From positions 19,193 to 83,192 of the forward strand of contig SUWV01000009.1 in the NCBI GenBank assembly GCA_015061315.1: a DNA stretch of 64,000 nt. Reading direction: 5' to 3'. Each line of letters starts with the position of its first letter. Position 1 is the first letter of the stretch. The stretch is from Lentimicrobiaceae bacterium (lineage in GTDB: Bacteria > Bacteroidota > Bacteroidia > Bacteroidales > F082). Of the stretch, positions 56,641 to 64,000 are shown piece after piece. The notes beneath the pieces are model-generated. The model was not told the DNA's origin, made no database searches, and saw only the letters and a program-made list of their open reading frames with translations. Made by a program: the position numbers and the translations under genes.

Positions 56641-59115
56641 ATGGATAATACCGAATTACAAAACAGACCTCAATATCAAGAGGAAGAAACGTTAGATCTC
56701 AAAGTCATTATCATTAAGATATTAAGTTATTGGTATCTTTTTGCTATAGGCATTGTTGTAGCCTTAATACTTGGCTTTATCTACAACAGATATACTCCAA
56801 GCGTATATCAAACATCTGCATCTGTCTTCATCAAAGAAGATAAAATGGGTATAGACCCTACGTCAATGATGACAGGCCTTACGTTCAAGAGCAATATCAA
56901 CATCGATAACGAGATTGGCATATTGCAATCGTTCAGCTTGAAAGAAAGAACAATAAAAGAATTGGAGTTCTTCAATGTCTCTTATTATGTCAAAGGTCGT
57001 GTGGCAACAAGAGAACTCTACAAAGAAACACCTTTCAACGTGGAATTAGATTACGATACAGCACAGGTTGTCGGCGTCAACTATCAGATAGAATTTATCG
57101 ACAACGGTCAATATCGTCTGAAATCTAAGGAAGGTCGTAAAAGTGTATACGACTATAACAAAGACCAAAATATTGGCGTAAAGGAAGTTCAAGATTTTGA
57201 AGGCGTATATAAACTCGGCGAATGGGTAAACAATGGTTACAACAAATTCAGAATCATATTAAACAGCAATTACAATCCTGATCCTGAAGATGACTTTGTC
57301 CCTAAATACAGCTTCACAATAAGAAGCAGATTAAGCCTCATCTCTGAGATGAGTTCTGTCTCAATCTCCCAAAGCACCAAAAATTCATCAATATTGAATT
57401 TGTCGATACAAGGTAACAACATAAACAAAATCACCGATTACCTCAATCAATTGTTACATGAATATATGGAAAGAAACTTGGAACAGAAGAACCTTGTTTC
57501 TGAAAATACTGTGATATTCATCGATGAACAGTTAATAGGTATCCAAGACTCTTTGCAAAAAGCTGAAACCGACCTTCAGATTTTCCAGGAAGGTAATGAC
57601 TTCATGGACTTGAGAGCTCAGTCGCAAGAGATGTTTAACCGTTTGAAAGATATTGAAAGACGTAAGGCTGAATTAGAATTGAGCATAAAATATTATCAAA
57701 ATCTTCAAGACTATATTAACAAAAACATCGATGATTTGAACAAACTCGTGGTACCAAGTGCTATGGGTATTCAAGATCAGATGCTTAACAAACTCGTTCT
57801 TGAATTGGTCGCATTGTCATCGAAGAAAGCAGAACAGTTGGCGACATCAACAGAGAAGAACCCTATCGTTCAAACTATTGACGAACAGATAATCCAGACA
57901 AAGAAACAGCTGTTGGAAAATATCACCAACATGATCAACAATACCAATGTTACCATTGAAGAGTTGACAAATCAAATCATGGCATACGAGGAACAAATAA
58001 AACAGCTTCCAACAACACAACGTGCCTACTTAGGATATGAACGTAAGTTCGCATTGAATGATGAGCTTTATAAGTTCTTGATGCAGAAACGCGCTGAAGC
58101 TCAAATTGTCATGGCAAGTAATAGCCCAGATAACAGTATCATCGATGAAGCTCGCGTATCAAGAGCAAGAAAAGTAGCACCAAGAAGCATGATGATATAT
58201 CTCGTATGTATAGTGTTAGGTTGCGGCATTCCAGCAGCATTCATCTTCCTCAAAGAAATACTTAACACCAAAATCATAGAGAGAAGTGATGTCGAGAAAA
58301 TCACTAAACTGCCTATCATAGGACAGATACCATACACAAGTCCTAAGGCATCGAATTCAAGTTCTACTTTCGTCATCGACTCGCCAAAATCGCCAGTATC
58401 GGAAGCTTTCCGTTCTATCAGAACCAATATAGAATATATCGTCAAAGGCAAAGACAAATGTATATTCTCTGTCGTAGCTGACTCTCCAGGTATTGGTAAG
58501 ACATATATCTCTATCAACATGGCATCTATCTACGCTATGTATGGTAAAAAGACAGCCTTAATTGGTATGGACTTACGTAAGCCTCGTCTCTATCAGGAAT
58601 TTGGCATCTCTAACAAAATAGGTATAAGCTCCTATCTTGCAGGTAAAGCCTCTATCGATGAAATCATACAGCCATCAGGCAAACTTCCTACACTCGACAT
58701 CGTAACAGCAGGTCCTATACCACCAAATCCTGCCGAGTTGATAGCATCAGACCGCTGCTCTGAATTGTTCAAAGAGTTAAAAGAAAGATACGACTATATC
58801 ATCGTCGATACTCCTCCTCTCTTGTGGGTTACCGATGCCTTGTTGCTGATGAAACATGTAGACACTTCTATATTTGTAGTACGCCAAGATGTAACAAACA
58901 AAAAAGCTTTTGAAGTAGTTATCAAAGATTTAGAACAACGTAACTACAGTACCAGCATCGTTGTCAACGGCATCAACTATCAAGGCATCTATGGCTATCG
59001 CTACAGCTACGGATATGGTGGCTACGGATATGGTTATGGCTACGGTCGTAACTATGGATATAGCTACGGATATTATGATGAAGAACATGAAAACGGCAGA
59101 AAACGTAGAAAATAA
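56641..59115 (+). CDS. wzc: polysaccharide co-polymerase / tyrosine autokinase (Wzc/GumC-like)
   Basis: Has a Wzz-type N-terminal domain with two TM segments and a coiled periplasmic region. Walker A is SPGIGKTY and Walker B is YIIVDTPP. The C-terminal tyrosine cluster is YGYRYSYGYGGYGYGYGYGRNYGYSYGYY. Confidence 0.85.
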   Translation: MDNTELQNRPQYQEEETLDLKVIIIKILSYWYLFAIGIVVALILGFIYNRYTPSVYQTSASVFIKEDKMGIDPTSMMTGLTFKSNINIDNEIGILQSFSLKERTIKELEFFNVSYYVKGRVATRELYKETPFNVELDYDTAQVVGVNYQIEFIDNGQYRLKSKEGRKSVYDYNKDQNIGVKEVQDFEGVYKLGEWVNNGYNKFRIILNSNYNPDPEDDFVPKYSFTIRSRLSLISEMSSVSISQSTKNSSILNLSIQGNNINKITDYLNQLLHEYMERNLEQKNLVSENTVIFIDEQLIGIQDSLQKAETDLQIFQEGNDFMDLRAQSQEMFNRLKDIERRKAELELSIKYYQNLQDYINKNIDDLNKLVVPSAMGIQDQMLNKLVLELVALSSKKAEQLATSTEKNPIVQTIDEQIIQTKKQLLENITNMINNTNVTIEELTNQIMAYEEQIKQLPTTQRAYLGYERKFALNDELYKFLMQKRAEAQIVMASNSPDNSIIDEARVSRARKVAPRSMMIYLVCIVLGCGIPAAFIFLKEILNTKIIERSDVEKITKLPIIGQIPYTSPKASNSSSTFVIDSPKSPVSEAFRSIRTNIEYIVKGKDKCIFSVVADSPGIGKTYISINMASIYAMYGKKTALIGMDLRKPRLYQEFGISNKIGISSYLAGKASIDEIIQPSGKLPTLDIVTAGPIPPNPAELIASDRCSELFKELKERYDYIIVDTPPLLWVTDALLLMKHVDTSIFVVRQDVTNKKAFEVVIKDLEQRNYSTSIVVNGINYQGIYGYRYSYGYGGYGYGYGYGRNYGYSYGYYDEEHENGRKRRK

Positions 59116-59132
59116 TTAACAGAATAGTCGTA

Positions 59133-59669
59133 ATGACAAATAATAAGGAAGATAAAAAATGGTTCGCTGTTTACGTAAAATCAAGAAATGAGAAAAAAGT
59201 TTTCAAATTACTTGATGATATAAACATTGAGTCTTTTCTTCCGTTAATAACAAGAGTGAAACTATGGAGCGACCGCAGAAAAAAAGTGGAAGAGCCATTG
59301 TTTCGCTCTTATATTTTTGTTAAAATATCACTCAAAGATTACTACACAGTGTTAAATATTCCTGGAGTAGTTAAATTTGTCTGTTTTGAAAAAAATCCAG
59401 TTCCTGTACCAGAGAATCAAATTGTTGCCATAAAACAATATATCAATGAAGATGATCTTCATGATGACATCAATTATAATGATTTTAAAGAAGGTGAGAT
59501 GGTGATGATTAAATTCGGACAAATGAAAGGTCTTGTCGGACGTTTCGTAAAGATAAAAGGGAAACATCGCATCATCATTGAAATAGAAGCTGTAGGTCAA
59601 TCCTTACCTGTCAGTATTTCAAGATCTAATGTTGAAGCAATAAAAAACGAAAGAGAGATGCACCAATAA
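59133..59669 (+). CDS. upxY: UpxY-family (NusG-like) transcription antiterminator
   Basis: The NGN domain reads KKWFAVYVKSRNEKKV...PLFRSYIFVK. The KOW motif reads EGEMVMIKFGQMKGLVGRFV. Confidence 0.8.
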   Translation: MTNNKEDKKWFAVYVKSRNEKKVFKLLDDINIESFLPLITRVKLWSDRRKKVEEPLFRSYIFVKISLKDYYTVLNIPGVVKFVCFEKNPVPVPENQIVAIKQYINEDDLHDDINYNDFKEGEMVMIKFGQMKGLVGRFVKIKGKHRIIIEIEAVGQSLPVSISRSNVEAIKNEREMHQ

Positions 59670-59685
59670 AACATCTCTCTTTTTT
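59652..59685 (+). terminator. intrinsic terminator after upxY
   Basis: AGAGAGATG-loop-CATCTCTCT followed by T5. The 5' arm overlaps the last codons of upxY. Confidence 0.75.
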
Positions 59686-59703
59686 CGTTATCAAACTAAA
59701 GAA

Positions 59704-60846
59704 TTAATATTTCTCTCCCGTTTCTAACTCTTCTTTCGTCAATGATTTCTTATCCATTTGACGCCAGAAATAAGCGATGTAGGCTAACACGAAAGGAATT
59801 ATCAAGGAGACTATTGCCATCGTCTTTAAGGTAAATTCGCTTGATGAACTATTACTTAAAGTAAGCGATGCTTGTAAGTCGGCAGTCGATGGATAATATG
59901 ACGTGCCGTTATATCCTGCTATCATAAATATTGCCATCACAGCTAAGACCGTTCCTGGAGCGGCGAACCATATTCCTCTTCTGAATTCCTTTTTCAGTAA
60001 TGTCATTATGACACCTGTGACTAACAGAACAGCTCCTAATAAGAACATTATCAGCACTGCAGGCATCTGAATCAAGTTATGGAAATATTTACCTTTCTCC
60101 ATGAAGACCTTACCTTCAGCATCGACGGCGAAACCTTCCATAGTGATGAAGTTGATAAGAACGAGAACCAACATAATCAAAAATCCAACGAAACAAATCA
60201 AAAGGCTCTTACGTAACTGTGTCGCTAATTTATCATCGTCGATATTGTTAATCATATATAAGGCTCCGAGACATATAGCGAGGAACAACACCATCAGTCC
60301 AAACTCCACGTTGAATGGATTAGCGACAGCTTCAAGTCCGTGCCAATTGTTAGCCCAACGGCTTATAACAGGCGCTCCTAAGTCGGCAACGGCGTTTTTA
60401 TTCACCATAAATTCTGAACCTGTGAAGAATGTTCCTACGGCAGTACCTATTAATAAAGGTGCGAGGCAACCGTTGATGGTAAGGAAAGCACGGAAGGCAT
60501 TTTTACCGAGAAGGTTGCCTGCCTTGTTTTGAAATTCGTAAGAGACAGCTTGGAAGACAAATGTTATCAAGATTAGAATCCAGACCCAATAAGCTCCACC
60601 GAAGCTGGTGCTGTAAAATAATGGAAACGATGCGAAGAACGCTCCGCCGAATGTTACTAATGTGGTGAAGGTAAGTTCCCACTTACGACCTGTGGAGTTG
60701 ACGATTAATTGTCGTTCGTCTTCTGTCTTTCCAGCAAGGAAAATCAAGGCGTTGCCACCTTGTACGAAGAGTAGAAACACTAAGAGTCCGCCGAGTAATG
60801 CGATTAAAAACCACCAGTAATGCTGTAAAAATTCGTATGTTATCAT
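59704..60846 (-). CDS. cydB: cytochrome bd ubiquinol oxidase subunit II
   Basis: A 380-aa polytopic protein starting 3 nt downstream of the cydA stop, with a typical CydB N-terminus (LQHYWWFLIALL). Confidence 0.9.
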   Translation of the reverse strand: MITYEFLQHYWWFLIALLGGLLVFLLFVQGGNALIFLAGKTEDERQLIVNSTGRKWELTFTTLVTFGGAFFASFPLFYSTSFGGAYWVWILILITFVFQAVSYEFQNKAGNLLGKNAFRAFLTINGCLAPLLIGTAVGTFFTGSEFMVNKNAVADLGAPVISRWANNWHGLEAVANPFNVEFGLMVLFLAICLGALYMINNIDDDKLATQLRKSLLICFVGFLIMLVLVLINFITMEGFAVDAEGKVFMEKGKYFHNLIQMPAVLIMFLLGAVLLVTGVIMTLLKKEFRRGIWFAAPGTVLAVMAIFMIAGYNGTSYYPSTADLQASLTLSNSSSSEFTLKTMAIVSLIIPFVLAYIAYFWRQMDKKSLTKEELETGEKY

Positions 60847-60849
60847 GAC

Positions 60850-62346
60850 TTATTCTCCTTTCTGTTCTTCGATTTTAGGTCCTTGTTTTATAGCTTTGAT
60901 TATTATTCTCGTCTCTATCACGAGGAAGAGAGTGAAGATGGCGACGAAAAGGAAGAAGGTTGTTTGTACCGCACCGACGCTAACACTTGAGACAGCGGCT
61001 TTGACAGGAAGCAAGCCTTCTATCGTCCATGGCTGGCGACCAGCTTCCGCCACGATCCAGCCTGCTTGTCCGCAGAAATAAACCAATGGAATAGACAATA
61101 ACGACACCCATTGCAGCCATCTCATATTGACGAGTTTCTTTTTATATTCCATCCACAAGACAACAATCATGAGAAGCAGTAAGAATGTTCCGAAGCCCAC
61201 CATGACACGGAACGCCCAATATACTAATGTCACATTAGGCACGAGTTCTTCGCGACTGTCGATATAGCCGTAGCCGAAGTAATTGACGTTTTCATCGAGT
61301 ATTTGACGAGCTTCTTCAGCGGCTTGAGGGTCGCTGTCTTTCAATGTTCTATATTTAGCGAAAGCATCGATGGCGGTCTTGCCACGTTGCATCTTTTCTT
61401 CTGCCGAGAGATGACGTACGCCGTCGGGAGTGGTGTAGCCGTCGAGCATCTGATTGATACCGGGCACGTAGCCGTCGATGTCGTGAGTGGCTAAGATAGA
61501 TAACATTCCAGGTATTTCTACTCCAGGTACTATTGAGAAAGGAGCGCGAGTGCCTCCGTCTTCTAAGCCTTCGGCAGCGGCGAGTTTCATAGGCTGATAT
61601 TTAGCGACGTGTATTCCCGAGCTGTCGCCGCTGAGCATCACAGCGAATGTTCCTACAATGCCTACTATGGCAGCCACCTTGATACTTGCGAGCGCAAACT
61701 TAGTCTCGCGTTTTCTTAGTAAGTACCAACAGCTGACGCCGATGACGAAGATGGCTCCTGTCATCCAGCCGCTGAAGACAGAATGGAAGAACTTGGATAC
61801 AGCGACAGGGTTAAGCACCAAAGCCCAGAAGTCTGTCATCTCGTGACGTACAGTATCGGGGTTGAACTCCATGCCGACAGGATGCTGCATCCATGCGTTG
61901 GCGATGAGGATCCATAAAGCGGAGATGGCAGAGCCGAGGGCAACGAACCATGTGGAGGCGAGGTGAACTTTCTTGTTGATTTTCTCCCAGCCGAAGAACA
62001 TCACGGCGAAGAAGGTAGCTTCCATGAAGAAAGCGAAGATGCCTTCGATGGCGAGCGGCGCGCCGAAGATGTCGCCTACAAACCATGAATAATTACTCCA
62101 GTTGGTGCCAAATTGAAATTCTAAGATAATGCCTGTAGCGATGCCTACAGCAAAGTTAATGGCAAAGAGTTTCATCCAAAACTTGGCGGTGTTTTTCCAA
62201 AACCCGTCTTTCTTGACGACATAAATAGTTTCCATAACAGCCATTATCACGGCGAGACCCAAAGTGAGCGGGACAAAGATCCAGTGATAGGCAGCAGTGA
62301 GAGCAAACTGAGCCCTCGACCAATTAACTAATGCACTTTCAATCAT
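60850..62346 (-). CDS. cydA: cytochrome bd ubiquinol oxidase subunit I
   Basis: LSRAQFALTAAYHWIFVPLTLG and GWMTGA/EAGRQPW motifs. The length is 498 aa. Confidence 0.95.
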   Translation of the reverse strand: MIESALVNWSRAQFALTAAYHWIFVPLTLGLAVIMAVMETIYVVKKDGFWKNTAKFWMKLFAINFAVGIATGIILEFQFGTNWSNYSWFVGDIFGAPLAIEGIFAFFMEATFFAVMFFGWEKINKKVHLASTWFVALGSAISALWILIANAWMQHPVGMEFNPDTVRHEMTDFWALVLNPVAVSKFFHSVFSGWMTGAIFVIGVSCWYLLRKRETKFALASIKVAAIVGIVGTFAVMLSGDSSGIHVAKYQPMKLAAAEGLEDGGTRAPFSIVPGVEIPGMLSILATHDIDGYVPGINQMLDGYTTPDGVRHLSAEEKMQRGKTAIDAFAKYRTLKDSDPQAAEEARQILDENVNYFGYGYIDSREELVPNVTLVYWAFRVMVGFGTFLLLLMIVVLWMEYKKKLVNMRWLQWVSLLSIPLVYFCGQAGWIVAEAGRQPWTIEGLLPVKAAVSSVSVGAVQTTFFLFVAIFTLFLVIETRIIIKAIKQGPKIEEQKGE

Positions 62347-62403
62347 ATCTTTTAAGTTTAAAAGGATTAAAGGTTTAAAGTTGGTAATATTAGCTTTTAA
62401 CTT

Positions 62404-62613
62404 TCAATTATTATCAATGAGATGCGTTCCAACGTATTCGCTTTTTTGTTCATCGGTTTTTCCTGCCATCGCTGGCTTAAAGAAAAACAGTCGTAAGACT
62501 AGGAATAATATTATGACTTTGAGAAATATCAAGAGCCATAACTGCCTGCCCCATGTCATATTCTTGAAGCCTTCGTAATAAAAGTTCCAGATAGAGATGA
62601 TAGTTTTTTTCAT
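62404..62613 (-). CDS. DUF4492 small membrane protein (upstream partner of cydAB in Bacteroidota)
   Basis: 69 aa with one TM. Its position immediately upstream of cydA is as commonly seen in Bacteroidota. Confidence 0.65.
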   Translation of the reverse strand: MKKTIISIWNFYYEGFKNMTWGRQLWLLIFLKVIILFLVLRLFFFKPAMAGKTDEQKSEYVGTHLIDNN

Positions 62614-62636
62614 GTTAAATAGAAATTAATTCATGT

Positions 62637-62644
62637 CAAAAATA
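62637..62644 (-). promoter_or_regulatory. -7 box TATTTTTG (minus strand) for the DUF4492-cydAB operon
   Basis: The reverse complement of CAAAAATA lies 24 nt upstream of the ATG at 62613. Confidence 0.55.
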
Positions 62645-62686
62645 TAAAAAAAGCGAGTAATCATTTAAAATTACACGCTTTTTTTA
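62645..62686. terminator. bidirectional hairpin terminator after 62715..63086
   Basis: A7-GCGAGTAAT-loop-ATTACACGC-T7. The 9-bp stem has one mismatch. Confidence 0.7.
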
Positions 62687-62714
62687 CGCCTAAAAAATCA
62701 ATGGTTAATATACA

Positions 62715-63086
62715 TTATTCAGGGTTTATGTTATAATACTCATTCCATTGTTTCAACACTTCCTGCCAATCTTCCACTTCGCCATTGGCGATAGCTTCAG
62801 CTTGATTCAAAGCCTCATCATGCTGTTTCTTCTCTGCATAACGCAGTTTCATAGCTTCTATCGTCGCCTCGTCAAGAATATGAATTCTGTTACGACGCAC
62901 GCATTCGTCCAATTCTTTCGGACCGAAAGGCTGACCTTGAACGTTGAAGTCAGAGATATTGAAGTTAAACACCGTTCTCAAAGTGTGACGCACCATCTTC
63001 TGACCGCCACGATTACTTGCTACCTTGCGGTTCAAGAGTTTACGTATAATATCAATCTCACGCTGTGAAAATTTATTTCTGCCCAT
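62715..63086 (-). CDS. hypothetical protein (123 aa)
   Basis: An intact ORF with its own terminator. No family is recognised. It is divergent from vsr. Confidence 0.45.
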   Translation of the reverse strand: MGRNKFSQREIDIIRKLLNRKVASNRGGQKMVRHTLRTVFNFNISDFNVQGQPFGPKELDECVRRNRIHILDEATIEAMKLRYAEKKQHDEALNQAEAIANGEVEDWQEVLKQWNEYYNINPE

Positions 63087-63165
63087 TTAGTTCAGTTTAT
63101 AATTAACAGTTTACAATTTATAATTTTCAATTTATAGTTAGATGCAAAGATAGGGAAAAATGACG

Positions 63166-63173
63166 TATTTTTG
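63166..63173 (+). promoter_or_regulatory. -7 box TATTTTTG upstream of vsr
   Basis: A perfect TAnnTTTG lying inside the longer ORF. This supports the vsr start at 63196. Confidence 0.55.
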
Positions 63174-63195
63174 TACAGATGTTTTTTTAACCAAA

Positions 63196-63699
63196 ATGGA
63201 CAAACTAACTCCAGAACAGCGACACCGTTGCATGGCGGCGATAAAAGGTAAGAACACCAAGCCTGAGTTGCTGGTGAGGAAGTTCTTGTTCAGGCACGGA
63301 TTTCGTTATAGGTTGAACTCCCCTCGCCTTCCAGGTCATCCCGATATAGTTCTGAAAAAATACAGAACGGTGATTTTTGTAAACGGATGTTTCTGGCACG
63401 GACATGAAGGATGTAAACATTACGTTCTGCCGAAAAGCAATACCGAATATTGGAAGACTAAAATAGAACGCAACAGAACAAGAGATGTTGAAGTCCAGAC
63501 AAAATTAGCGTCTATGGGATGGCATTTTATAAACATCTGGGAATGTCAGTTGAAACCTAAAGTACGTCAGGAAACATTAGAGTCGTTAGTTAATACTTTG
63601 AAATATATTCATTTCACTGAGCAGAAACCAAAACAGTACGAGCTGTCGGAAAAGAGTTACTTTATAGCAGCGGAAGAAATGGAAGAGTATGGGGAATAA
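63196..63699 (+). CDS. vsr: very short patch repair (Vsr) endonuclease
   Basis: MDKLTPEQRHRCMAAIKGKNTKPE...GHPDIVLKKYRTVIFVNGCFWHGH is the Vsr catalytic signature. Confidence 0.9.
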   Translation: MDKLTPEQRHRCMAAIKGKNTKPELLVRKFLFRHGFRYRLNSPRLPGHPDIVLKKYRTVIFVNGCFWHGHEGCKHYVLPKSNTEYWKTKIERNRTRDVEVQTKLASMGWHFINIWECQLKPKVRQETLESLVNTLKYIHFTEQKPKQYELSEKSYFIAAEEMEEYGE

Positions 63700-63799
63700 A
63701 GACAAAAGGCTAAAGAATCAAAAATAAAATCAAACAAATACATTGACTCTATTTCAAATATTAATTAGTTTTGCAATATAATTAAAACCGCAAAATTAT

Positions 63800-64000
63800 A
63801 TGAAGAAATATAATAGAGTAATGTTAGGTCAAGGCAGTAAATATGCCAAGATGTGCAGAGAAAACGGATATATCGGAGCTAACTTTGATATTAATGAAGA
63901 CCTTTCTGATTCACTTTATGATAACTGGAGAGATTTTAATTATAAGTATGTTCCAATATGGATAAAAAAAATGCCAGGGAAATCCAAGACTGCAGCCGGA
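63800..64000 (+). CDS. hypothetical protein, N-terminal fragment (runs off the right edge)
   Basis: The ATG at 63800 is followed by an open frame to the window end: MKKYNRVMLGQGSKYAKMCRENGYIGANFDINEDLSDSLYDNWRDFNYKYVPIWIKKMPGKSKTAAG. It is absent from the ORF track because there is no stop in the window. Confidence 0.4.
   Translation, partial: MKKYNRVMLGQGSKYAKMCRENGYIGANFDINEDLSDSLYDNWRDFNYKYVPIWIKKMPGKSKTAAG

Overview
This 64-kb chromosomal window comes from a low-GC member of Bacteroidota, probably Bacteroidales-like. The diagnostic signs are TAnnTTTG -7 promoter boxes, T9SS C-terminal sorting domains, a UpxY-type NusG paralog, DUF4492-cydAB, methylmalonyl-CoA mutase and a mevalonate-pathway operon. 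I can support about 57 CDS and one tRNA-Arg(CCT). I saw no rRNA, CRISPR array, transposase or integrase. Housekeeping genes: panC-panD, rfaE2-like, rlmI-like, mutA-mutB, HMG-CoA reductase plus three mevalonate-pathway genes, aspS, pfkA, rodA-mrdA and cydAB. Accessory content: (1) a surface-glycan region at about 8.2-24 kb. It holds nucleotide-sugar dehydrogenases, wecB/wecC, and a tightly packed minus-strand operon (NeuB-type synthase, KdsC-type phosphatase, cytidylyltransferase, acetyltransferase, GT4, a YfhO-like membrane protein and an unassigned GT-B-like protein). An HpaII-type restriction-modification pair is inserted into this region. (2) Four tandem, individually transcribed paralogs encoding thioredoxin-fold proteins with T9SS sorting domains; two have lost the CxxC motif. 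(3) A four-gene set of secreted proteins of unknown function that includes an 881-aa LRR protein. (4) A wza-wzc-upxY module with no glycosyltransferases nearby. (5) An orphan vsr flanked by unknown genes at the right edge. The most unusual signal is not a gene cluster. It is a family of short modular repeats: 7-8-nt word tracts plus a TAGAGACG...CGTCTCTA-type hairpin. These fill most intergenic spacers, and they also occur in frame inside at least five unrelated CDS (U32 peptidase, wecB, both mevalonate-pathway GHMP kinases and a radical-SAM fusion protein). This resembles Rickettsia palindromic elements. All calls come from reading the sequence and the supplied ORF translations; no database search was possible.
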